Part shown: piece by piece, positions 12,084 to 23,726 of the stretch
Position numbering within the stretch: the first letter of the stretch is position 1
Layout: the number at the start of each line of letters is the position of its first letter
Origin: Klebsormidium nitens
Lineage: Eukaryota > Plantae > Klebsormidiophyceae
Reading direction: 5' to 3'
Assembly: GCA_000708835.1 (NCBI GenBank)
Contig: DF237455.1
Span: 2,731-66,730 of the forward strand
DNA length: 64,000 nucleotides
Program-made: the position numbers and the translations under genes
The notes under the pieces: generated by a model
The model's input: only the letters and a program-made list of their open reading frames with translations
Databases searched by the model: none
What the model was told of the DNA's origin: nothing

Positions 12084-15000
12084 ATGACGTCTGTCCAGCA
12101 GTGCCTATTGACCGTTCAGCTGAGCAGCGGCGTGCGACCGCTTCCGCCGGACTTTGTTCCGCACCTAGTTGCAGCTCCGTTGGGAAAAGAGGATGGGCCT
12201 GTGTTTGCATTTGGGCAGCAGCCAATGGCGTACAACCAGGTGGCGGGCCTGTGGCACCTCGCATTCATCGCACCGCAGAATGCAGGTGAATCTGGGGCCG
12301 TCGGAAGGGTTGCATAGCAGAATCCGCTTCAGGTTCCTGGTCCATTTGTTGTTATTCTCAGGGGTCGCGGTGAAATCAGAAGTTTCACCCCAAACTTGAG
12401 AATCTCACTTTGTGTACGCTGACTGAACAAACTGGTGAGGCACTCTGAGTTTCTTCTTCAAGAGGACAAACAGCAGGACAAACCAAGACTAGCAGGCAGC
12501 GGAAGTCAAAGACAAACTCAATTTCAAAGTCACTGGTCACTTCCGTAAAGAAACCTCCTTTCATCTGCACAAGCGGGGAACATGAAGCAACCGCCAATAA
12601 AGCTCGGCCCAAGTGGACAACACTGCTAAAACCCTGTTCCAAATCGGCGGGTTTCAACGGCGCTGACATCCTGGGCTTGTTCAACAAACTTTTCAAAGCA
12701 ATCGATCCGCGCATTCGTTCTACCATCAAGTCTCTGTTCGCTTTTGGTGCCCAATGGGCTTTTTCTTGAAGTGCTGAAGAGCCAGCAACCAGCGACTGCG
12801 CTAGCCGCTCTGTAAGCAAACACTGGGCAATTCAGACCCACATTACCATGTAAAGCCTGTAAGGCCTTCTCTACTTGCTTACATCTTCATGACTTCTGTG
12901 AGAATTACCCGGGTGACTTACTATATATCTGTTGAACCTTTTGTTGTTGCCGAAAACTGGCACCTACTCCGTGCAAAGAACAGACACACAACCTAGTAGT
13001 TTCTCGTCGACTTACCAACTTTCCATCATCGCTCCTTTTCTAGTTGGCGGCTTCCTCTTCTCCTTGACCACCAACTCAACAACCGTCCAAGAAACACGCG
13101 ACGAGCCTCGCAGCCTCGCTCTTTACCTGCGTGGGCCCCCGCCAACTGGCGACTCCGCCAGCTTTTCTGTTGGGGCCAACAAGACAGACTCTTTGCGATG
13201 CACCGTCGTCGTTGCTGCCGAACCTGTAAGCGCGTTCGAGCTGGGGGGATGCTTGCACTCTCCTGCACAGGACAATCAGGGGGGTGAGTAACCTGAAATT
13301 GTCGGAAGCATCCTTCTTGGTTTGTCTTTCTGCCAACCCCCTCCTTTCTCCCCATGTTCTCCTCCTTCTCAAATGCGCTTTATGGGTCATTTGTTGGCGT
13401 AAAGATGGCCTTTGTTAGCATCGGTTTGTCAAAGTGAACGATGACGAACGTTTTCCAAAATATGTGGGCCATTTCAAGGAGGCTCATCGAATTGAGTCAG
13501 ATTACTGAAAGGTAGTTGAGAGCCAATCAGGCGTCACCTTTGACTTTCAAACATCAGGCTTGTTATTGCAGAAGTCATGTTTGACGCTGGTCGTAAAGTC
13601 AGAACTTCACTGTTTAAGTACGCAATACCATTGCGTCCTTGCTGGCGTAGCGTTATCTGCTGTTTCGTAGCGGATCGTAAGTCGGAGCCGAGCACAGCGG
13701 ATCGGCAGAGCCGAAGTCATCGTTTATGTTCGCTGACGTCATCGTCCATGCTCGCTGACGTCATCGTCCATGCTCGCTGCAGATGCATTTGAAATTGGCA
13801 GCCCTGGAGAGGACAGTCTTCTTACAAGCTATGATAGAAAGGTGAGTCGCCTGCATTTCCGGCTTTTCCTGGCCTTTGCAAATCACGCAGTAGACATATT
13901 GTTCTCAGGCACTCTAGCTACAAATAGACGGTGTATACGGTCATGAATCCAGGGAGTCGATGTGGCCAAGGCTGAGACTCTTGTTGCATTCAGGAGCGCC
14001 GGAGACGTCAACAGACCTCAAGTGGCTCTCCCCATAGCAACCATTCTTGTTGGGGAAGAGTGGACTTGCTGCAGACTTGGAGGCGCCATAAACCCCTTTT
14101 TTTTTTTGGAGTCAAGACTTGAGAGAGTAACGAGCCTTGATGGCCCAAACGCTGATGAGAAAGGTCACGCCCAAAAGACAGTTCGAAAACAAGAGCGAAA
14201 CGAAACGAAAAAAACGCCCTTCATTCCAGGATGCCGACAGCCCCACCCTCCCCTACCTCGCCAACTCGACGGAGGAGCCCCGTCTGCTGCGCTCCATCTC
14301 AGAGCCTGCGCGCGCCGGTTTCAACTCGCTCTCGCGGCTAAAATCGGCGATGGGCGCGCGCGTGCTGAGCGTGAAAGACCTCCTGGTGCTGGAAGAGGGG
14401 TCCGAGGAAGGGGCGTCGGAGGAGGAGGGCGAAGAAATTGACGAGCCGGGGACCGCCACGTCAGCAGGCAGCGTAGGTTCCTCATTTTGTAATTTTCAAT
14501 GTTTGCTGTCTGCTTTGGCTGGTTACTTTCCGACTGAAGAAGGGGTCCGAGGAAGGGGCGTCGGAGGAGGGGGCCGGAGAGAACGACGAGCCGGGGACTG
14601 CCACGTCAGCAGGCAGCGTAAGTTACCTATCTTGAGGTTTTCTGCCTTGTCCTGTCTGTCCTCAATAAGAACCTCCTTGCTGCTGGAGAAGGTGTTGGAG
14701 GGGGGAGGGAAGGCAAGGGGCCAGGGACTTACCGAAATGGAAATGACATGGGGCCTGCTCTTGCGCTTTTGGTGGGCAGGAATCTTAAAGCTACTACAGT
14801 AATTTGCTCGAACACTTTTAACTCCGTTCTGTAGGGGGTTCCGATCCTAAGAAATCGTAGTAGAAGATGGAGTCGGCATGATAGGTCCTCTTCGCCTTTC
14901 TTCTAACCAGTCGGTTGCAACTCCAAGAGTGTTTCGACAAAGCTCCTCTGAGGAGCTGGTCGCAGGCAAAGCCGACGACTGAAGGAAATTGCTGTGAGAA

Positions 15001-18000
15001 CCGTGGTTTGGCTACTCCAAACCTGCTCACGCATGACCAGCTCCGAAAATTCCATGTCGATCTTCTCACCAACAATGTACTTTGCGTGTACGATTCCTCT
15101 CTACTTTCAGAGCGCCTGCCGATCTCAACCCTTTTGCCATTACGACTCCTTATCTCACTTTGCTTTCTCCCCCCCACCTCAGAGCGCCGAGGATTGGTCT
15201 CCCCCCTACCAAGCGCACAGCCAGTTCAACGCGTTTGATTTGGCCCACGAGCTCGACCCCGTCCTCAGCCGCGCGCCGTCGCTGAAGCGCGAGAACCTGC
15301 CCCCGCACGTGCAACGCTCGCTGTCTTCGTCGTGGGAGTTTTCCAACCCGGGGTCGCCGCACAAGCGCTTCCCGGTGGAGGAGGAGGATCAGACGGACAT
15401 GCCGGCCGCAGCTGGAGGTGGGTAAAGTTTTGGGATTCTGTGTTCTGGGTTTCTAAGGGGTCCAGGAGTTTGGTCAGTGGCTGTTTAAGACGCGCTCGAT
15501 GTCTTCGTTTTGGGAGTTCTCCAACCCGTGGAAGAGGAAGATCAGACGGACATGCCGGCCGCTGCTGGAGGTGAGTGAGGTGTCAAGGATTACGTCGTTT
15601 GGAAGGCTTGCGGTTTAGGGTTCAGCCAAGGAATGCGCAAGGCGCGCTTGTCTTCTTCATCGTGGGAGTTCTGCAGTCCGGCTTCGCAGCACAAGCGCTT
15701 CCCAGTGGAAGAGGAGGATCAGACGGATATGCCAGCCGCCGCTGGAGGTGGGTTGACTTTTGAAGCTTTGTGTTCTGGGTTACTGAGGCGTATAGGGTTT
15801 TGGTCAGTGGCTGTGAAAGACACGCTCGATGTCTTCGTTTTGAGAGTTCCTCAACCCGTGGAAGAGGAAGATCAAACGGACATTCCGGCCGCTGCTGGAG
15901 GTGAGCGAGGTATCGAGGATAATGTCTCCTGGGTAGGGTGTAGGGTTTAGCCAAAGAATAGGCAAGAAGCGTTCGCCTTCTTCGTCGTGGGAGTTTCGAC
16001 ATCGACTCTCGCTGCAAAAAGCGCTTCCCGGTGGAGGAGGAGGATTAGACGGACATGCTGGCCGCCGCCGGGGGTGAGGATTCCGTCATTTGGGTTTTTG
16101 AGGGCTTAAGGATGTTGACAAATGAATGTCCAAGAAGTGCTCGCCTTTTTCGACCTGCGAATCGAAAGGTGGTTGCCAAACAAGGCTTCCCCGCGGAAGA
16201 GGAGGATCAGGGCGCACCTGGGCTGTTGTGCTTTTTGGATGTGAGAGTTTAGGCGAAGCCAGGCCTTTCGGAGAACGAGGTCGCCACAAAAGTGCTTCCA
16301 GTAAAAGAGAGTGTCGAAAAGATATGGTTCCGCTCAGGGGTCCGAGACATGCCATTGGATTTTATAATATCTCCAGAGTCACGTGGGGTTCATACAAGAC
16401 TTGAGCCGCTCAGAGAGGCGCTCCCTTACGGATTGAGAGGAACCGAGGGACGAGACAGCCGCAACATCTCTGGGTTCAGGTTGCGGCTAAGGTCAATTGT
16501 TTGATGACCAGAACATGGCCGATTGATTTGGTGGCTTCTACTTCACTGTCCTTTGGCTGACCATTCGTAATTCCGTTTTCAGCGGTCGCTGCGGCGGCCA
16601 TCTCGGAGCGGATGGACGGGCCCAAAGAGAAGCGGAAACTGGCCATCATATTAGTCGGGTGAGAACTTCAAGCACCTCACATCGATGTCACTACTTTGTC
16701 TCTTCCCTTGGTTCAAACAAAGATCTGCCAAACATCGACTGGAACCTTTTCGGAAGGCTTCGACAAGTCACTACTTAGCAAATCTAGACGGTTCTGCTCC
16801 AGTTGATTCACCGCACTTTCTGCCCAGAACTATACTGGACAGCTTCGAAGCTTGGCGTCTACTCGGCTTGTTCTCCCTCTGCGTTCGGAGACTTCCGCAA
16901 ACGCGGACCCTGTGAAGAGCTGAATCGAAAGCGGGCCAGACGGCCGAACATTCATAAAAAGCCCGCAAGAATTTCGCCCGAGCGATTTTCACCTTATTTT
17001 CGACATACTATACTCAGTGTCACCGGTTTCTAGACGTCTCCTCCTTTTCATTCTGGATTCGAATGGGAGCCTGACTCCTGCGCAGGCTACCTGCGAGGGG
17101 GAAGAGCTACACGGCTGCCAAGCTGACGCAGTATCTACGGTGGCTGGGTCACGAGACGAAGCACTTCAACGTCGGCTCGTTCCGGCGGCAGATGCACGGG
17201 GCAGGTCACACCGCCAGCTTCTTTGACCCAGGTACGGAAAGAGTGCCAAGTGTTCTGGTGTAACTTTTGTTTCTGCTATGGGAGAGGAGTTTGTTTCAAA
17301 CTGCAAGATCTCCAGCGTCTCTGGCTTTTTGACGTCTTTGTCTTAAGGCCCAATCCCAAGCATTTGACGTTCTTTGAAGCTTGCTAGACGAGTTGGTCTC
17401 GAGTAACAGACCCGTTGTGAGGAAATCAGGCGCAGGATTGCTGCGCAGAGTCTGATTACATACATCGCCAGGTTTGGTCTCGCTGCGTGCATAAGACGTC
17501 TCTTGTGGAAAGCCCAGCCGCGGCTTCGACATGTCCGAATCTCCATCTCAGCAGCAAGTGCGCAACGTGTCCTCAAGCAACTCGCACTCTCAATTTTCGT
17601 CGATGCTAAATGGTTGGTTGGCTCGTGGTGTGAGTAAAGGCGAAGGCGAGAAGACTGGGCCCGTTGCAGCTCTTCTGACGTGCCCAAAAACAGTGAGACG
17701 GGTCAAAGAGGAAAGACCCTTGATGTCGTTTTTTCATCACTGAAGCTTTCAAAACAAAATGTTACTGAAAGACATCGACGCTGGAGAACGACCCGTGCAG
17801 ATAACGATGCGGGCCAAGAAGCCCGGCGCGAGGCCGCTGTCGCGACGTTCCAAGCGATGCTGAAGTGGTTCGACGAGGGGGGGCAAGTCGCGTGCTTCGA
17901 CGCGACCAACTCATCGGCGGCGCGGCGGCGCATGCTGCTAGAAATGGCGGAGGGGCGCTGCAAGGTGAGAAAGAGCTGTAAACTCTCAAATATTCTGGGC

Positions 18001-21000
18001 TTGAGTACCAAGCCTTTCGGAACTCAGAGATGTAGAAGCAAAGCGTTGGCGGTGCACAGACGATGCTGCTAGGGTGGGGCCCCGGGGGTGTGAAGTAACA
18101 ATCTGACACGGAATCCTGCGGTTTTGTCCTTACAAGAAGAAGCGGAGCGTGCGGCAGCTTCAAATCTTTCTTGAAGCGAACGGCGGCCGTTTCGACTTCT
18201 CAGCCTTCAGGACTCAATATTGGTAGACGACCAAGATTCTACAACGAACCTAAAAGGGGACCCAGAAATCTTACCAGGCCTCACGAGTAAGAACAGTGCT
18301 GAAAAAAGCGGAGTGTTCTCGCAGGCGGTTCTCTCAAAAAGCGCGCGCTTTAAGCCACTATCGTGGAGCGCAAACGCCTGGTTACAGCTCGGGAGTGCCC
18401 AAAAGCTGTCAGTCTTCGATTCCTAATCTCCTCAAACTCAGAAACGCAGAACCCCGAAGCAACTTGGGTTGTCATGCGACTCTTTTCGAAGGGTTTGTGC
18501 GCCGGGGGCACTCTCGGAGCGCAACATTCGACTCGAAGTCCTCAGTGCCTCATAATCTCTTGAGTACCGATCTCTCAGCATTGCGAGCTCCTGATGAACG
18601 TGCTCTGTGTAGCCCATGATTTTTGAACAGCGTATGCAACGACGCCTCTCCTGAAGAGCGCAGTATCCAAGAAAAGGAGCGGACTAACTTAAGATAAGGA
18701 AAACTCAGTATATTCAGAACTGGCGAAACCCTGGTCGATGTGCTTTCCGCAGGCAATCTTTTTGGAGAGCATATGCGACGACGCTTCTCTGGTGGAGCGC
18801 AACATCCGGGAGAAGGTGCGGACGAGCCCGGACTACGCGGACTGGCTCGACAAGGAGGCCGCAGTCCGAGACCTCGAGAGCAGGATCGCCAACTATCAAA
18901 AGGTGAGCCCAACCACTGACAAGAATAGATTTCTTATGTTCCCAGAACGCCTCCAGCTACAACGAGAATAAGGTCGTCAAACGTCAAAAGGTGAGTCTAG
19001 CTACAGACGGGAGCGTTTTGCGAAGGTGTTGCGCAAATCCAGCGCAATCGCTCTCATAGCTACCGAGTCCTTGCCCAGCAGAGTGCCGCCCTTTGCTTCT
19101 ACCCGGGCGCCTCTCTGCAGACCTTGGGAATTTTTGAGATTGTCCCCTCATCTTGTTTGAGGTACACTCGACGCGAACAGGAAAATTAGCTCGGTGACCA
19201 AAAACATTCGAGCGTTCCAACAACTGGAGAGAGAATTTCGATACTTGCTGCGCGCGCAGGCGTACGAGCCCGTGAACGAGGGCAGCTGCATCAAGCTGAT
19301 CAACATGGTGCACGGCTCGGGGGGCCAGATCCATGTCAAGAACATCAGCGGCTATCTTCCCGGGCGGATTGTCTTCTACCTGGTAAGGCATCCACCGCTT
19401 CTTTCTACTCAAGGGCGTGCTTATTTATCCATACGTTGCGTTCTCGAGTCGTCGTGTCTGCTTAGTGGCGATCTTAGACGGGCTATCGTGTTTGCAGTGG
19501 TGCAATCATGGGAGGGCGACAAGCCCATGGATTTTGCAATCTGTCATACGGTCGTTCACGTCAGTCCACTCGCTTGAAGGAAACTCGTGAACGGAGCCCA
19601 GAGCCTGCGGACACCTCCGATTCCGGTCTGCAAAGATTCTAAGGTCTTCCTTGCCGTCTGTAGGTAGGCGTGCGCATGACGGCCCCCATACGCCTTATGA
19701 GCCAGCCCACATCCCGAGCATCTTTCAGAATCCCAGTTTGTCAAAGAACCAAGCCAAAAACGCCCTAGAACCTGACCCTTTTTGTTAACTTCAGGTAAAT
19801 GTGCACATCACGGCCCGCCCCATCTTCCTAACCCGCCACGGGGAGAGCCAGGACAACGTGGAGGGCCGCATCGGAGGGGATCCCCCTCTGTCCTCCCGGG
19901 GGGAGGCTTATGCCCCCAAACTCGCGGAATTTTTACACAAGCGGTTGAAGCAGGAGCCGGCGGCGTCCGTTTGGACGTCCACGCTGCAGCGGACGCTGCT
20001 GACCGCGCGTTACATCGTGGGGTATCCCAAGGTGCGCGGGTTAGGGCCTAACAAAGCGGTTAGGGTTTTCCTTGAGGCAAGATCATTGAATTGAGGATAG
20101 CGAACGAAGAAGAGAGTGAAGAGCTGCCATAGGCTTGAGCAAAGTGAGACACGAAAGTCTGGCTCTACAGATCGAGTAACATCACACACCTGCCTGGGGC
20201 CTATCTGGACATTGGGCAACTCGACTCCACGGTTTCAAGCTTAAGTCGTTTTTGATGAGAGCAACCGACATAAGACCGACGTGCACCTGACAGCGATCTG
20301 CGACTGCTTCTGACCTGCAAAGCAAACAAAACGGTCCAACAAGTCTTCTTCAAGCTTGCCGGGCCAATCGTTCGTTTCCAGCTTCTTCGACGTTTCTGCT
20401 GTCCTAAAAGTTTTGGATGGCAGTCCGATGATGCTGACGTCAAGACTGGTCAACATTGTCCTTCGTTCGTGCTGACCCCGTCAACACGTGTTCCTCGCTG
20501 ATCCGTTACAGATATCCAAAGCTGCTTCTTGTCCGGCAGGGTCTGCGGAAGAAGCTCTGTCATCCGCTTATGTTTACTATTCGGTCGAAATCTTATGTGT
20601 ACGCTTTTGTAGGTGCAATGGCGCGCGCTGGACGAGATCGCTGCGGGCGTTTGTGACGGGATGACGTATGGTGACATCAAGGAGAAGATGCCTGAGGAGC
20701 ACAAAGCCAGGTGCGGCGGCGCCCCCTTCCCTCGCTTCAAGGTTTCTGGACTTTAGAGCTTAGAGCTTCGGGTGTCGATGACGTCGCAAATGTCTTTTCG
20801 CACCTTCGTTTCGACGCACGAGGCTGTGACGGCTTCATACTTGCAGGAGAAACCGGCCCCCCGTGTCATGGATCGGTGTCTCCTTTTCTTGAATCTAGTC
20901 ACTTCTTGAGGGGTTTAAACCAACGATCAGCCGCCTGACTTTGGCAAAAATTGTGTGATGCTTCTGCTGCGAGCTTGCTGAAGATGGGAACGCATCGAAA

Positions 21001-21418
21001 GACTACATTCTCAGGGGAGCACAGGAGCCCCTCCTTTAACATCTTATTTCAGAACTTCAGTGAACGACACGTCGACATTGCACGCTTTACTGCTGTTCAG
21101 AATGTTCGGATGCAAATTTTGACCCGGACGGATTGTCCATTGTGCAGGAAACGAGACAAGCTGCGCTATCGTTACCCCGCTGGCGAGTCGTACCTTGACG
21201 TCATCCAGCGGCTGGAGCCCGTCATCATCGAACTAGAGCGGCAACGGTCTGCTGTCGTGATAGTTGCGCACCAAGCCGTGTTGAGGGCGCTGTATGGCTA
21301 TTTTGCCGACAAGCCGCTAAAAGAAGTCCCGCACATAGACATGCCGTTGCATACGTTGATCGAATTGGTGCCAGGAGTTGGGGGAATGACCGAGAAACGG
21401 TACAACTTGCTCCCGTGA
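12084..21418 (+). CDS. F2KP: Plant-type bifunctional 6-phosphofructo-2-kinase/fructose-2,6-bisphosphatase
   Basis: Exons about 12084-12285, 13044-13283, 13783-13841, 14230-14472, 15183-15417, 16583-16658, 17086-17231, 17801-17964, 18753-18902, 19260-19382, 19795-20031, 20613-20710 and 21148-21418, all phase-compatible. Motifs: MPAAAGAVAAAA, P-loop VGLPARGKS, FDATNS, phosphatase RHGE, RYRYPAGESYLDVIQRLEPVIIELERQ and HQAVLRAL. Exons 1-2 resemble the plant N-terminal extension. Confidence 0.95.
13730..13779 (+). repeat. 22-bp tandem duplication containing a CTGAC branch-point-like motif, just upstream of F2KP exon 3
   Basis: TCGCTGACGTCATCGTCCATGC x2, then TCGCTGCAG acceptor at 13781-82. Confidence 0.9.
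14392..14625 (+). repeat. Duplicated 3' end of F2KP exon 4 including the donor site
   Basis: 14392-14478 is repeated with changes at 14536-14623; the second copy ends in GCAGC|GTAAGT. Confidence 0.9.
15320..16215 (+). repeat. Array of about 6 degenerate copies of the 3' end of F2KP exon 5
   Basis: The GTGGA(G/A)GAGGA(G/A)GAT(C/T)A(G/A)ACGGA core occurs at about 15375, 15530, 15705, 15860 and 16030, with a partial copy near 16190. Five copies are followed by GT at the donor position. Confidence 0.92.
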
Positions 21419-23726
21419 GGATTTTGGTAGCACAGTAAGACGCTTCGCCTGGAGAGTCGATCCATTGAGAGTCATGCCGGAAAGGGCAAAGGCGGTGAGC
21501 TATCGAGGTAGACTACGTTGTTGACCATTTTAAGTTGGCATGAGGTAGAACGGGAATAGTGTTCGCTTTGCTGAGTTGCTAGACCGAGTTGTGAATATCC
21601 GACTTGATGTGTGATCAAGAGAGGACGGTCACGGAGAATCTAAGGTCGAGCCGGCGAGCCTCTTTGGAAAATAAGTTATCTTGTCCTTAAATGACCAGCA
21701 GCAAGATGTCGGAGCTGAAGTGACAGACGTGGCATACTTATTCTCCGTTGTAACAGATGATGCAAAGAGTGCGAAGATTTTGGACTTACGAACTTAATTT
21801 TCTTCAGCATTCGCATTGTATGGGTTGGCGCTGCTCCGATCAACGCTGTCGCCACGTCTTCGTATTGGACCGGTGCAGCGAAATTATATGACAGTCTCGT
21901 GCAGCTCCCGTCTTGGATATCCCACAATCCTTGTGCAAGACTCTTCACAAGTCTAAATGGAGTTGAGCCCGTCACCTGCCATGGATGATGGGACTGCTTG
22001 TCGAAAGAAAGTTTCTAGGGCATGCATGGTATTGCAGGGTTCAATTTGGTTCGACACATGGCCGGGTGTCCGCCATTGTTCCAGACGTTGAGCTAGTCTG
22101 GAAAAAAGCATGGCAAATAAGTTGGTCGAGCGGTTGAATGTATACTAACTTTGAGTCAAGCTGTTGCGTGATGAGACGGTTGCTTCCGACCTGTCAGAGG
22201 CTGAGAAAAAATGTTCAGCCTCCGACGCTAGAGCAGCTCTAGCCTTCTAAGGACGCACGAGACTCGACGGGACGGAGTACTACCGCATCGCTTTATTGAA
22301 AGCTTTCACTAGCTTATTGCATGCAATCGCTTTTCTTACTGAGTTTAGATACACAATAGCACAAGCATGAAGCTTTTGAATGGGATCGAGCCGGCCTGTG
22401 TGCTCACTGCTGAGCGAGGTTGGTACCTAGGTACGGTATTCGAACTAGTAAACTAGGTAATATACTAAGCGTTCAAGCGTCGAGCCAATTCTCACAAGCT
22501 CTGCCGATCCTTATCCGTCGGATTGAGTTTTCCGACGTACTAAGATCCTCTTCGGAACAATGCTAACCGTGCGATACACAAGTTGGCAAGGTATAGGGGC
22601 GCGGCCGCCGGCCAGCGTTTTAGATTCCCTTGCTGTCGTCATCAAGGTCATGTGCCCGCTCATCGGACGGTTTGCATGCGCGCGTGACGCAAGAGTTACT
22701 TCCGTCGTTGATGACGACATCTCCAGCAAAAAGATTCCCTCTGATTCTGTCGACATTTTTACCTCTAACCAGAGTCCACTCTCTCTTCCGTTCAGCTCAT
22801 GCAGGCAAGGGAGCTGAGCAGATGCCTTCCACTGGAAAGCATTCAAAGCAGGTGCAGTCGTTCCTCTGGCGCAGGCAAATGTGCTGGTCAGCATTGTGCA
22901 TTTAGGGCAGAAAGTAACTTAGCGAGAAGGCCAGCAGATGCTCTGTAAATTCGTCGCCGCAAACCGCAAAGCTGCTCCGGAGGGAGCTTGCGTGTATACA
23001 GCTTGTGACCCGTGATTGATAAGCACCCTGTCAGGCTTTGCGTCTAAGTAAGCCTTCCGCCTTTCAACTCGCCTTCTGCCTCGTTGCACAGGCTTGTTGC
23101 CAGCTCTTGTGCCGGAGAGTTGCTTATATCATCAAGTGTATCTCTAGCATTGGTGTTGCACAGCTTCCAAGGTGCTTCTCAGAAAAGAAATTGCCCTCTC
23201 AGTTGGGCCCTAAGCTCGTATCATGTTTTTGCTCAAACGAATCTGACAGTGGTTCGATTAGAATTGGAGAGCGTGGTGGTGGAAAAAGGAAAGTGACTTC
23301 TCATATGACCGCGGGCCATGTCAGCGAAGTGTGAATAGTATCCAGGGGCGTCCTGTGCAACTCACCAGAACAACAAAAGTCTTTGACTCTGCACAACAAA
23401 TTTTGCAAGTGGTGTGAAGTCCCACTGCTCCCATGTGGTTCTTGCTCTAAGCGCCTCACTCAGAGTTGCTTCCTGAGTCTTTGGTCCTTATTACCGGGCT
23501 GAATGGTTTTTGGATTCCACAAACAATACTATAGACAATCTGGGGTAACAAGAGTGCAGACACTTCGAACACAGCTGCTCAGCAACTTGGACACTGGCAT
23601 AAGGGATTAGGAGCTGGCCATTCAACACTGGACATCAGCATTACTTGGTTTAGGCCCTGGGTCAGAATAGCAACCAGCACATAAAAATCAACCTAGGCCC
23701 AGCTTGCGCCTCTGGTTCCTCTCAGC

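Noticed and set aside
22511-22894. 127-aa minus-strand ORF between F2KP and SOS1
   Set aside because: No recognisable domain or convincing exon boundaries; overlapping ORFs in other frames are equally unconvincing.
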